From contig JBMFXH010000001.1 of the NCBI GenBank assembly GCA_049964475.1, forward strand, positions 1 to 41,946: a DNA stretch of 41,946 nucleotides, in the 5' to 3' direction. Below the pieces are notes generated by a model. The model was given only the letters and a program-made list of their open reading frames with translations. It did not search any database and had not been told where the DNA came from. This document shows positions 26,457 through 36,074 of this stretch, piece by piece; the stretch's first letter is position 1, and every line of letters starts with the position of its first letter. The translations under genes were made by a program, and so were the position numbers. This stretch comes from Vulcanimicrobiaceae bacterium (lineage in GTDB: Bacteria; Vulcanimicrobiota; Vulcanimicrobiia; Vulcanimicrobiales; Vulcanimicrobiaceae).

Positions 26457-28931
26457 TTAAGCCCGCGACGCGGGGCGCGGCGTCACTTTCGCGCGGCCGC
26501 GTGCCGCACCGGTGCGTTTACCGACGCCGCGCTTTGGCATCGGCACGACGATACCGTTACGCTTGAGGCTCTCGTTTCCCAGCGGTACCGGAGCGATGAT
26601 GCGCTTGCCCAGCGCGTGAGCGAGCACTTCGGAGAGCTCCTCGACCGATACGAACGTCATCTGCCCTCGCACTTCCTCGGGAATATCGTCGAGATCGACT
26701 TCGTTCCGTTTGGGAAGCAGCACTTTCGAGATTCCGGCTCGGCGTGCGCCGAGCACCTTCTCTTTCAATCCGCCGATCGGCAGCACTTGACCCGTTAAGG
26801 TGATCTCCCCGGTCATCGCAAGATTCGGATCGACCTTGTTTCCGGTGAGCATCGATGCGATCGAAGTGACCAACGCGATACCCGCCGACGGTCCGTCCTT
26901 CGGCGTTGCGCCGGCGGGGACGTGAATGTGGATATCGTGCTTGGCGAAGAAATCTTCGGCGAGGCCGAGCTCCGAGGAGCGCGAACGCAAGAATGAAACC
27001 GCCGCTTGCGCGCTCTCCTTCATTACGTCACCGAGCTGCCCGGTCAATACGACCTTGCCGCTTCCCGGCATCACCTGCGTCTCGATGAAGAGAATATCGC
27101 CGCCGACCGGCGTCCACGCCATACCCGTCGCGACACCGACCGAGGCGACGCGCTTTTTCACTTCATTAAAGAAGCGCGGCTTCTTTAGGTACTCGACCAA
27201 GCTCTCCGGTTTCACCCGCGTCTTATAACGCGAGTTTTCGGCGACCTTGCGCGCAATTTTGCGGAAGACGGTTCCGATCTCGCGATCGAGATTGCGGACG
27301 CCCGCCTCGCGCGTGTAGTCGTTGATGATCGCGCGCAATGCCGTGTCGCTAATTTGCGATTGCGAGTCTTTCACGCCGTTGGCAAGGCGTTGTTTCTTGA
27401 GTAGATAGCGTTTGGCGATCTGCAGTTTTTCGAACTCGGTGTAGCCGGAGAGCTGGATGATCTCCATCCGATCGCGCAACGGTGGCGAGATCGTGTCGAG
27501 GGAGTTTGCCGTGCAGACGAAGAGCACTTGGCTCAAATCGAACGGTAGGTCGAGATAGTGGTCGCGATATCCCTTGTTCTGCTCCGGGTCGAGCACCTCA
27601 AGCAATGCCGACTGCGGATCGCCGCGAAAATCGGAACCTACCTTGTCGATCTCGTCGATCATCATGACCGGATTGCGCGTTCCGGCATCGCGAATCGCGC
27701 GCACGATCGTCCCCGGCATCGCACCGATGTAGGTGCGCCGATGGCCGCGAATTTCCGCTTCATCTCGGACGCCGCCGACCGAAAGGCGCACGAATTTCCG
27801 CCCCATAGCGCGCGCGATCGATTGCCCTAACGACGTTTTGCCGACGCCCGGAGGGCCGACAAAACAGAGGATCGGGCCGCTAAGACGATTCTTTAACTTA
27901 CCGACGGCAAGATATTCGACGATGCGATCTTTGATTTTCTCGAGATCGTAGTGATCTTCGTCGAGGATCTCCCGTGCTTTGCGGATATCGATCGCGTCGG
28001 TCGTTTCGACGTTCCAGGGCAACTGGACGAGCCAATCGAGATACGTGCGGATAACGCTGTATTCGGGGCTCGCCTGCGGCACCTTCGAGAGGCGATCGAG
28101 TTCCCGTTCGGCGGCCTTTAGGGCTTCTTCGGGCAACTTTGCTTCGTCGAGTTTTTTCTTTAACTCGTTGAGTTCGGCGAGCTGCGGATCGATCTCGCCG
28201 AGCTCTTCTTGAATCGCGCGCAACTGCTGGCGCAGATAGAACTCGCGCTGATTCTTGTCCATCTCGCGTTGAATGTCACCCTGAATCTTGTGCCCGAGCT
28301 CGACGACTTCCAACTCTTTGGTGAGCAGCATCGTGAGTTTGCGCATCCGCTTGGCGGTATCGCGCTCCTCGAGGAGCGCTTGGCGCTCCGCCGTCTCCAG
28401 CCGCATCGTCGAAGCGACGAAATAGGTGAGCACGTTGGAATCGGTGATGTTCTGGACTTCCATCTCCATCTCGCGCGGTGCCTGCGGCAAATACGAAAGA
28501 AGTTTCTGGAAGAGCCCGGCGAGGTTGCGATGCATCGCAACGCGCGCTTCGTTTTCAACGGTTTTATCGGGCAGTTCGGTATACGCCGCAACCATGTACG
28601 GCTCGCTTTGCGTGAACTGCTCGATACGGAACACCGATTGACCGGCAACGATGCAACGCAGCGTGCCGTCGGGAACCTTCAGCATTTTTTGAATCACGCC
28701 GATGGTGCCGATGCGCTCGACGTCATCGGGACCCGGGTTTTCAACTTCGCGGTCTTTCAGGACGGTCAACCCGATCGGGCGGCCTTCGCGGATGGCCTCT
28801 TCAACGAGCCGGATTCCCGGCTTCTTTACAACCGCAAGCGGAATAACGGTATTGGGGAAAAGCACGGCCTCCTGCAGCGGCAGAATGCCGAGCAGCCCGG
28901 CGGGGACGATGGGTTTCGCTTTCGCGGCCAT
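26457..28931 (-). CDS. lon: ATP-dependent Lon protease
   Basis: LON N-domain ([17 protein letters not shown]), Walker [10 protein letters not shown], and catalytic [10 protein letters not shown]. Start trimmed to ATG 28931, which lies 1 nt after the hsp20 stop. Confidence 0.95.
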   Translation of the reverse strand: MAAKAKPIVPAGLLGILPLQEAVLFPNTVIPLAVVKKPGIRLVEEAIREGRPIGLTVLKDREVENPGPDDVERIGTIGVIQKMLKVPDGTLRCIVAGQSVFRIEQFTQSEPYMVAAYTELPDKTVENEARVAMHRNLAGLFQKLLSYLPQAPREMEMEVQNITDSNVLTYFVASTMRLETAERQALLEERDTAKRMRKLTMLLTKELEVVELGHKIQGDIQREMDKNQREFYLRQQLRAIQEELGEIDPQLAELNELKKKLDEAKLPEEALKAAERELDRLSKVPQASPEYSVIRTYLDWLVQLPWNVETTDAIDIRKAREILDEDHYDLEKIKDRIVEYLAVGKLKNRLSGPILCFVGPPGVGKTSLGQSIARAMGRKFVRLSVGGVRDEAEIRGHRRTYIGAMPGTIVRAIRDAGTRNPVMMIDEIDKVGSDFRGDPQSALLEVLDPEQNKGYRDHYLDLPFDLSQVLFVCTANSLDTISPPLRDRMEIIQLSGYTEFEKLQIAKRYLLKKQRLANGVKDSQSQISDTALRAIINDYTREAGVRNLDREIGTVFRKIARKVAENSRYKTRVKPESLVEYLKKPRFFNEVKKRVASVGVATGMAWTPVGGDILFIETQVMPGSGKVVLTGQLGDVMKESAQAAVSFLRSRSSELGLAEDFFAKHDIHIHVPAGATPKDGPSAGIALVTSIASMLTGNKVDPNLAMTGEITLTGQVLPIGGLKEKVLGARRAGISKVLLPKRNEVDLDDIPEEVRGQMTFVSVEELSEVLAHALGKRIIAPVPLGNESLKRNGIVVPMPKRGVGKRTGAARGRAKVTPRPASRA

Positions 28932-28932
28932 G

Positions 28933-29322
28933 TTAGATGACGATCCTTTGCACGATGATCCGCACGTCATTGCGCGCGGTCGGAATATACGCAGTCGCTG
29001 CAATGGGCAGCACGATGGAGAGCAAGCCGTCGAGATAGGTCGCCGAGGTTCGCTCCAGATCGACCGGGACGGGCAGCTGGAGCTCGCGGCCAAACTCGCC
29101 GAAGGCGATCTCTTTGAGCACGAACGAGCCGCGGCGCTGCGGCAGCGTGTCGAAACGCCGCCCCGCGACCAGGAGGCGGTCGGCCTCGACCGCCAAGCGC
29201 AGCGATTCCGGGGCGACTCCGGCGACCTCGAGCGTCACGACGAGCGCCCCTCGCTCTTCGTCGAGGAACGCGTCGGCGTTGGGTTCAAATCGCCCGCACC
29301 GTCCGCGAATTACAAACTCCAT
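28933..29322 (-). CDS. Hsp20/alpha-crystallin small heat-shock protein
   Basis: Alpha-crystallin pattern ALVVTLEVAGVAPESLRLAVEADRLLVAGRR...EIAFGEFGRELQLPVPVD...ATYLDGLLSIVLP. ATG 29322 is preferred because it has AAGGGTG upstream. The alternative ATG at 29343 overlaps the CIRCE arm. Confidence 0.8.
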   Translation of the reverse strand: MEFVIRGRCGRFEPNADAFLDEERGALVVTLEVAGVAPESLRLAVEADRLLVAGRRFDTLPQRRGSFVLKEIAFGEFGRELQLPVPVDLERTSATYLDGLLSIVLPIAATAYIPTARNDVRIIVQRIVI

Positions 29323-29342
29323 TGCACCCTTAACCCATACCA

Positions 29343-29369
29343 TTAGCAGTCGGATGCATCAAGTGCTAA
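29343..29369 (-). promoter_or_regulatory. CIRCE (HrcA operator) upstream of hsp20-lon
   Basis: TTAGCAGTC-N9-AAGTGCTAA matches the consensus TTAGCACTC-N9-GAGTGCTAA at 16 of 18 positions with the exact 9-nt spacer. It lies about 20 nt upstream of the hsp20 ATG. Confidence 0.75.
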
Positions 29370-29373
29370 TCCG

Positions 29374-29919
29374 TCAGAGGCGTGGATCGGGGAGCTGGCG
29401 GCCCGATGGCCAGGCGACGCAGGGATCGATCCGCACCCGGAGCGCCGGCAGGGCACTTGCCTGGACCTGGACCGGGAAGAACTGCCGGTAGTGCGTCGCC
29501 ACGCCGTAGCGCATCTGCGGTGGGAAGGCGGTCTCGGTATCGGCCGGGAGCCGCGAGGCAGCGAGCACGAGGTTGATCGCCCGTGAGTCCGCCGCCGACA
29601 TGTAATCGGGCGTGCGCTGCCCGAGCCAGGTCGTGCCGTCCTGCAGCGTATACAGAAAACCGATGACCTCGCCGGGCATCATCGAATCGGTCGAGACAAC
29701 CTTGTCGATCCGCACGATCTGATTCCCGACGGTCGCCGGAGCCTGGAGATCCAGCGGTACGGCGCGCGGGGAATCGAGGCAAGGGCCGTTATCGAGCGTA
29801 TCGCTGGGCAATGGTGCCAGCGGCGGCGCCGCCATGACCGGCGGCTGCGTTGGAATTGCGGTCGGCGTCTGCTGCGGTGCAAACGCGAGGAGAAGAGCGA
29901 GCGCTTGAATCGGTTGCAT
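29374..29919 (-). CDS. secreted hypothetical protein
   Basis: Start trimmed to ATG 29919. The N-terminus is signal-like, then Pro-rich (MQPIQALALLLAFAPQQTPTAIPTQPPVMAAPPLAPLP). No recognised family. Confidence 0.6.
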   Translation of the reverse strand: MQPIQALALLLAFAPQQTPTAIPTQPPVMAAPPLAPLPSDTLDNGPCLDSPRAVPLDLQAPATVGNQIVRIDKVVSTDSMMPGEVIGFLYTLQDGTTWLGQRTPDYMSAADSRAINLVLAASRLPADTETAFPPQMRYGVATHYRQFFPVQVQASALPALRVRIDPCVAWPSGRQLPDPRL

Positions 29920-29978
29920 GCTCGCCTCATTCGCCGCGTGCAGGCGAAACCTAGGCGAGGCGCGCAGGTTGTTGGAAG

Positions 29979-30773
29979 ATGAACGACGCCTCGACCACCG
30001 CAGCGTACGGGGAGCGCGGACGCCCCCCGATCCTCTTCCTCCACGGGCTGCGTTTGGGGAAGGCAATCTGGGAACGACATGCCGTCGCCCTCGCAGACCG
30101 CTATTACGTCGTCGCTATCGATCTGCCCGGGCACGGCGGGCGCGTCGACGAGCCCTTCGACATCGCGCACGTTACCGCAGCGATCGATGCCGCGCTCGAA
30201 GCATGCTCGGCGCCGCCGCTCGTCGTCGGTTATTCGCTCGGGGGTTTCGTCGCCGTGCGGTATTTTTCGCAACATCTCGATGCAAGCCGCGCGTTACTCC
30301 TCGCGGGTGCCACTTACGATTTTGACGGTTGGAAACGCTTGCCGTTTCGCGTGATGGCGCAGGCGATGGGCGCGCTTCCCGATCCGCTCTACCGTTCGAT
30401 TGCATCGCTTTCATTGCGCGCCGTCGTGGGCGATGAATGGGCGCGAGAGATCGAACGGATTCCATTCGATCCCCGCGTTCTCGATTCGACGAGCGAGATG
30501 GCGCTGCACGGTATGCGCCAAAGCGACCTCATCGCGCTCTACGATCGTCCGCTGCTCGTCGTCAACGGCGAATACGATCTTCTCTTTCGTTCCGATGAAT
30601 CGCGTTATCTGCGCAACGCCCCGCACGCACGCTGCGAAATCATCGTCGGAGCCGATCATTCGGCGCCGTTACGCGAGAGCGCGCGATTCACCGCGATCGT
30701 GCGAGCCTTTGCCGACGAGGTTTTCTCGACCGTGCAACCACGGAGCTCCGCCGAGGGTCCCGTAAAGAGATGA
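29979..30773 (+). CDS. alpha/beta-hydrolase
   Basis: ILFLHGLRLG and nucleophile elbow GYSLGG. A late His lies in the segment GADHSAP. Confidence 0.8.
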   Translation: MNDASTTAAYGERGRPPILFLHGLRLGKAIWERHAVALADRYYVVAIDLPGHGGRVDEPFDIAHVTAAIDAALEACSAPPLVVGYSLGGFVAVRYFSQHLDASRALLLAGATYDFDGWKRLPFRVMAQAMGALPDPLYRSIASLSLRAVVGDEWAREIERIPFDPRVLDSTSEMALHGMRQSDLIALYDRPLLVVNGEYDLLFRSDESRYLRNAPHARCEIIVGADHSAPLRESARFTAIVRAFADEVFSTVQPRSSAEGPVKR

Positions 30774-31813
30774 AAGCAACCGTCTATCACGGCACGCGCG
30801 ACGTGCGCCTCGAGACCGTCCCCGACCCGTCGCTCCGCGAAGCGACCGATGCGATCGTGCGCGTCACGCGCGCCGCGATCTGCGGCAGCGACCTGTGGTT
30901 TTATCGCGGGGTGGTCGAACGCGAGCCAGGCGAGCGCACCGGCCACGAATTTATCGGCATCGTCGAAGAAGTCGGCGCAGCGGTGCGTACCGTGAAGCCG
31001 GGCGATGCCGTGATCGCTCCGTTTGCAATCGGCGATGGCACCTGCGCCTATTGCCGACAAGGGTTACAAACATCGTGCGAACACGGGAGTTTTTGGGGCG
31101 ACGATGCAAACGGCGGCCAAGCCGAGTTCGTGCGCGTTCCGTACGCCGACGGAACGCTTGCAGTCATGCACGAAGCGATGCGCGATAACGACGAGTTGCT
31201 CGCCGATGCGGCAACCCTGTGCGACGTTATGGCGACCGGCCACCACGGTGCGACGACTGCGGGTGCCGGCAACGGCGGAACGGTCGTCGTCGTCGGCGAC
31301 GGCGCAGTCGGCCTCTGTGCGGTGCTCTCCGCAGCACGCGTCCATCGTGCCGCGCGCGTCATTGCCGTCGGCCATAATACCGAACGGCTGAAGATCGCCG
31401 CCGATTTCGGCGCCGACGATTGCCTCGACTCACACGATCCGCAGACGCTCGACCGCCTACTCGAAATCACCCACGGCGGCGCCCCCTCGATCGTCGAGGC
31501 GGTCGGGAACGAGGAGAGTTTCAACCTCGCAATCGCCGCCGCGCGCCCCGGCGGCACGGTCACGTTCGTCGGCGTTCCGCACAACGTGAAGCTCCCCGAT
31601 CTGCGCTCCATCTTTCTCAAAAACCTCAGCCTACGGGGTGGGCTCGCACCGGCGCGCGCCTATATCGAGACGTTAATGGCGGCCTGCGTCACCGGGCAAA
31701 TCCATCCGGGGCGCGTCTTCGACAGTCGGATCGCGCTCGATCGCGTCGCCGAGGGCTACGCCGCAATGGACCAGCGCCGCGCCATCAAGGTCTTACTGAA
31801 CCCGGGGGCGTAG
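30770..31813 (+). CDS. zinc-dependent alcohol dehydrogenase (MDR family)
   Basis: AICGSDLWFYRG, GHEFIG, and Rossmann motif VVVVGDGAVG. The ATGA overlaps the upstream hydrolase. Confidence 0.85.
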   Translation: MKATVYHGTRDVRLETVPDPSLREATDAIVRVTRAAICGSDLWFYRGVVEREPGERTGHEFIGIVEEVGAAVRTVKPGDAVIAPFAIGDGTCAYCRQGLQTSCEHGSFWGDDANGGQAEFVRVPYADGTLAVMHEAMRDNDELLADAATLCDVMATGHHGATTAGAGNGGTVVVVGDGAVGLCAVLSAARVHRAARVIAVGHNTERLKIAADFGADDCLDSHDPQTLDRLLEITHGGAPSIVEAVGNEESFNLAIAAARPGGTVTFVGVPHNVKLPDLRSIFLKNLSLRGGLAPARAYIETLMAACVTGQIHPGRVFDSRIALDRVAEGYAAMDQRRAIKVLLNPGA

Positions 31814-31829
31814 GCTGTACCATCCGCCT

Positions 31830-32780
31830 ATGACCGAGATTTTCCTAGCCAATCCGCGCGGCTTCTGTGCCGGCGTCGACCGTGCGATCGATATCGTCGA
31901 GCAGCTGATCGAAGCGCACGGCGCTCCGCTCTACGTGCGTCGTGAGATCGTCCACAACCGCGAGGTCGTCGAGGGTTTACGCGCTCGCGGCGTCGTCTTC
32001 GTCGAAGGGCTCGACGAGATCCCGAACGGCGCGTTGGCGGTCTTCAGCGCGCACGGCGTCTCGCCCGCGGTGCAGAAGGAAGCGCGCGAACGTCGGCTGC
32101 GCATCGTCGATGCAACCTGCCCGCTCGTCTCGAAAGTCCACCTCGAAGCACTACGCTTTGCAAAAGACGGCTACTTCGTTCTGCTCGTCGGCCATCGGAA
32201 CCACGACGAAGTCGATGGTACGCTCGGGCACGTTCCCGGCGGCATCGCCTTGGTTGAAGATGTCGATCAGGCGCTCGCGGTCTCGGTCCCCGATCCCCAA
32301 CGCGTTGCCGTCGTCACGCAGACGACGCTCTCGCTCGACGATACCGTGGCGATCCTTGCCGCATTGCGCGAGCGCTTCCCCGCGCTGCGCGAGCCCGCGC
32401 GCAGCGATATCTGCTACGCAACGCAGAATCGCCAAGTCGCCGTGAAGGCCCTCGCCGCCGCGGTCAGCGTCGTGGTTGTCGTCGGTTCGGAGAATAGCTC
32501 GAATTCGCAACGCCTCCGTGAATGCGCCGAACAGATCGGCGCGGCGGCCTATCTCGTCGACTGCACCGAACAACTCCGGGCGGAGTGGTTTGCCGGGCAC
32601 GCGCGCGTCGGCGTCACCGCCGGGGCCTCGTCGCCCGAGACGCTCGTGGCGCGCATCGTCGACCGAATTCGCGAACTCGTCGGCGATGCCGCCGTCGTCG
32701 ATTTCGGTGAACGCGAACCGGCGATCACGTTCGCTCCTCCGAAGGAACTCGCGCTGCTGCAAACCTCCGCCGGCGCGTGA
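31830..32780 (+). CDS. ispH: 4-hydroxy-3-methylbut-2-enyl diphosphate reductase
   Basis: ANPRGFCAGVDRAIDIVE, DATCPLVSKVH, VGHRNHDEV and SSNSQRL motifs. Confidence 0.95.
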   Translation: MTEIFLANPRGFCAGVDRAIDIVEQLIEAHGAPLYVRREIVHNREVVEGLRARGVVFVEGLDEIPNGALAVFSAHGVSPAVQKEARERRLRIVDATCPLVSKVHLEALRFAKDGYFVLLVGHRNHDEVDGTLGHVPGGIALVEDVDQALAVSVPDPQRVAVVTQTTLSLDDTVAILAALRERFPALREPARSDICYATQNRQVAVKALAAAVSVVVVVGSENSSNSQRLRECAEQIGAAAYLVDCTEQLRAEWFAGHARVGVTAGASSPETLVARIVDRIRELVGDAAVVDFGEREPAITFAPPKELALLQTSAGA

Positions 32781-34105
32781 GGCTGCGCCGTCGGCTCGGG
32801 ACGCTCGACGTAGCGCTCGTCACCATCGGCGGTGTCATCGGTTCGGGAATCTTTCGCACCCCGTCGGTCGTCGCCCGCGACCTCGGAACCCCGGTTGCAA
32901 TGCTCGGAGCGTGGGTGCTCGGCGGTATCATATCGCTCTTAGGCGCCCTCGTGCTCGGCGAGCTCGCCGCTCGCCGCCCGCTCGACGGCGGTCTCTATGC
33001 GTACCTGCGCGATGCATTTCATCCCGCGCTGGCATTTGTTTTCGGCTGGATGCTGCTCTTCATCGCGATGAGCGGCGGCGCCGCCTCGGCGGCGATCGCC
33101 TTCGCCGGTTACGCCGCACCGGTGCTGGGAATCGCTTCGACGCCGGCAACGCTCGCAACACTCGCGATCGCGGCGGTGCTGCTTTTCACCGCGATCAACG
33201 CCTTGGGCGTACGATCGGGCGCCAATACGCAGAACGGGTTTTTATTGGCGAAGATCGTCGCCTTCGCTCTTTTTATCGTTATCGCGCTCGTGGCGCCGCA
33301 CGCGCCCACCACTTCGGTCGCCGCGACACCACAGCCGTCGCTCGGGCTACTCGGCGTGGCCATGCTTCCGGTGCTGTTTTCGTATCTCGGTTGGGGACCG
33401 GGCACGTACGTATCGGCGGAGATCCGCGATCCGGCTCGCTCCCTTCCGCGAGGGCTCGCGCTCGGCGTGCTCGGCGTCACGGCGATCTACGTTGCAATCA
33501 ATGCCGTGCTCGTCCACGCGCTTGGGATCACCGGCCTCGCTGCAACGACGACGCCGATCGCCGACGTCGCACGCGTGGCGTTCGGACCGATCGCCGAGCG
33601 GATCGTCGGTGCGGTCGTCGCGCTTTCGTTACTCGGGTTCGTCAGCAACCAACTCCTCACCGCACCGCGCGTCTATTATCAAATGGGTGTCGACGGGCTG
33701 TTCTTCCGCGCTTTTGCAAAACTCGATCCGCGCACCGGCGCACCGATCGTCGCGATACTCATCCAGGCCATTATCGTCACGGCTTTAACGTTGTCGCGCA
33801 GTTACGATCAATTGTTGAATTATATTACCAGCGCCGATTTTCTGTTTCTCATGCTCGCGGGCATCGCACTTTTTATTATTCGCGCTCGCGATTCTCGCGC
33901 CGGCGCACCACAACCCTATATGCAGGTGCCCTTGCATCCGTATTCGACCGCGATTTTTACGGCGATCGCCTTCTCGATCGTCGCGGGAGCACTCTATCAA
34001 GCGCCCGTCGACACGCTCATCGGCTGGGGCATCATCGCAAGCGGGCTGCCCGTCTATGCGATTTTTTCCGCGCGGAAGCGGGCTCGCGGTGAAAGCGCCG
34101 GTTAA
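32777..34105 (+). CDS. APC superfamily amino-acid permease
   Basis: About 12 TM helices and the N-terminal GGVIGSGIFRTP motif. The GTG start overlaps the ispH stop. Confidence 0.85.
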   Translation: MRLRRRLGTLDVALVTIGGVIGSGIFRTPSVVARDLGTPVAMLGAWVLGGIISLLGALVLGELAARRPLDGGLYAYLRDAFHPALAFVFGWMLLFIAMSGGAASAAIAFAGYAAPVLGIASTPATLATLAIAAVLLFTAINALGVRSGANTQNGFLLAKIVAFALFIVIALVAPHAPTTSVAATPQPSLGLLGVAMLPVLFSYLGWGPGTYVSAEIRDPARSLPRGLALGVLGVTAIYVAINAVLVHALGITGLAATTTPIADVARVAFGPIAERIVGAVVALSLLGFVSNQLLTAPRVYYQMGVDGLFFRAFAKLDPRTGAPIVAILIQAIIVTALTLSRSYDQLLNYITSADFLFLMLAGIALFIIRARDSRAGAPQPYMQVPLHPYSTAIFTAIAFSIVAGALYQAPVDTLIGWGIIASGLPVYAIFSARKRARGESAG

Positions 34106-34581
34106 CCCGGCCTCGGCACGTTCGCGCTACCGACGCGCGTCAGCTTCCCGTTGCGGACCTGGTAGAGCTCGACGAGATATGCGCTCGGGCAACAATTGGG
34201 ATCGTTCGCGCCGTAGATCGGTTCGGTAACGACGATCGTTGCATAGGTGACGGCAACTCCGATGTGGCCGCCGCCCCAATCGATTTTTCCGGCATAGCGC
34301 AATGCGCCCGTGCCGTCCGCTGCAAACAGCAATACCGTGAAATCGGCACCGCTGCCGCCGCTCATCAGCGGGATCGCAACGATTTTCTGTGATTCCGGCC
34401 CCATCGTTCCGGAGACGGCGTACCGCGCATCGGCAAATCTCGCCGAACTCCCCTCGGCGGCACCACGAACGCGTACGAACGGGATATCCATCGCCGCACC
34501 GTAGCCCCCGGGATTGGGCAGCGCTCGAATCTGTGTCGTCGCGCGCAAGAGATGGTTCACCGCGGCTTGAGCGATCGGCAT
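34102..34581 (-). CDS. hypothetical protein
   Basis: AAGGAG lies 6 nt upstream of ATG 34581. No signal peptide and no recognised family. It contains a PNCCPS motif. Confidence 0.6.
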   Translation of the reverse strand: MPIAQAAVNHLLRATTQIRALPNPGGYGAAMDIPFVRVRGAAEGSSARFADARYAVSGTMGPESQKIVAIPLMSGGSGADFTVLLFAADGTGALRYAGKIDWGGGHIGVAVTYATIVVTEPIYGANDPNCCPSAYLVELYQVRNGKLTRVGSANVPRPG

Positions 34582-34693
34582 GACGTGCTCCTTTCAGGAG
34601 AGATTCGGCGCGCCGGAGCGATCGGCAGGGCTACTAAAGCGGCAAACGAAGGGCCTTCTCCTGCTACTTCGTATGCCATCTAGGAGGGCTATC

Positions 34694-35026
34694 GTGAATC
34701 AAACTGCCGCAAAGGGCTTCCTGTCCTCGCTCTACGATCTTTCGTTTCACGCGTTCATCACGCCGAAGATCATCCAAGTCGTTTACGTTCTCGCACTCGT
34801 CGGTGTCGCGATGGGTTCGCTTGCCTATTTAGGCTCCGCATTCGTTCCGGTCTATTCGTTCTTCGGGCCGCCGCAGGAGCCGAGCTTCGGCAGCATCCTG
34901 CTGCATATCATCCTTACCCCGGTTATCTTCGTCATCGGCTCGATCGTCGCGCGCATCTATCTTGAATTTATCGTCGCCGTCTTTCGCATCGCCGAGAACA
35001 CCGAGAGCCTGCGCCGGGAATCGTAG
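34694..35026 (+). CDS. DUF4282-like small membrane protein
   Basis: AGGAGG lies 6 nt before GTG 34694. The pattern GFLSSLYDLSFHAFITPKIIQVVYVLALVG...RIYLEFIVAVFRIAENT matches my recollection of DUF4282. Confidence 0.6.
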   Translation: MNQTAAKGFLSSLYDLSFHAFITPKIIQVVYVLALVGVAMGSLAYLGSAFVPVYSFFGPPQEPSFGSILLHIILTPVIFVIGSIVARIYLEFIVAVFRIAENTESLRRES

Positions 35027-35045
35027 ACCCTCGCAAAGTTCGCGA

Positions 35046-36074
35046 TTATGCTCCGCCCGCGATTTTCGCAAACGTTGCACGGTCGAGGCGGAGCTCTTCC
35101 TCTCCGTACGCGTGAAGCGGACGAGCCGGCATTCGTTCGCGCGTGCAGAGATCGGGCTCGTCACCGCTTACGAAGAGGAGCCCGGTGACGAACTCGCCGC
35201 GAGTACGGCTTTCGTGAATCGTCCGTAGCGCGCCGAGGCGGTCGGTTGCATCGTATTCGCGGTCGAGTTTTCGTAACAGCAGGTGCGAGCCGTCGTCGAG
35301 CGCGACGTCCTGTACGGTTCCGGGTTCGTAATCGACGACGATCTCTTCGCCTGCGTGAATGAAATCCGGCGCATTGAGAAGCACGTCGTGCTCCTTGACG
35401 TATGCATAGCTCTTGGTCGAGCCTTCGTGGTCGTTAAACGTAACGCAGGGGCTAATAATATCGAGAATCGCCGTTCCACGATGCGCGAACGCCGCCTCGA
35501 GCAGCGGCACGAGCTGCTTCCCATCCCCCGAAAACGAGCGGGCGACGAAGGTGGCGCCGAGCTCGATTGCCAGACCGCAAAGATCGATCGTCGTGTAGGC
35601 ATTGGTTCCGCCGTGCTTGAGCGTCGAACCGACATCGGCGGTCGCCGAGAATTGTCCCTTCGTGAGGCCGTAGACGCCGTTGTTTTCGACGATGTACGTG
35701 ATATCGACGTTTCGGCGAATCATGTGGCAGTATTGGCCGAGACCGATCGAAGCCGTGTCTCCGTCTCCGCTGATCCCCAACACCATCAGCTCGCGATTTG
35801 CCAGTTTCGCTCCGGTCGCCGCCGAAGGCATGCGCCCGTGAAGACCGTTAAACCCATGCGCTTGGTCGACGAAGTATGCCGGAGTTTTCGAACTGCAACC
35901 GATCCCGCTCATCTTCGCTAAGCGGTGCGGCGGTACGCCGTATTCGTACAGCGCCTTGATGAGGTGGTTGGTAATTGAGTTATGCCCGCATCCGGCGCAG
36001 AGCGTCGTCGGCGACCCTTTGTAGACATCGCGTGCAAGGCCGATGATATTGAGCGTTTGTGCTGAAGCGGTCAT
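35046..36074 (-). CDS. korB: 2-oxoacid:ferredoxin oxidoreductase beta subunit
   Basis: TLCAGCGHNSI and the TPP motif GISGDGDTASIG. ATG 36074 overlaps the korA stop (ATGA). The 233-aa Arg-rich extension in the track is rejected. Confidence 0.9.
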   Translation of the reverse strand: MTASAQTLNIIGLARDVYKGSPTTLCAGCGHNSITNHLIKALYEYGVPPHRLAKMSGIGCSSKTPAYFVDQAHGFNGLHGRMPSAATGAKLANRELMVLGISGDGDTASIGLGQYCHMIRRNVDITYIVENNGVYGLTKGQFSATADVGSTLKHGGTNAYTTIDLCGLAIELGATFVARSFSGDGKQLVPLLEAAFAHRGTAILDIISPCVTFNDHEGSTKSYAYVKEHDVLLNAPDFIHAGEEIVVDYEPGTVQDVALDDGSHLLLRKLDREYDATDRLGALRTIHESRTRGEFVTGLLFVSGDEPDLCTRERMPARPLHAYGEEELRLDRATFAKIAGGA

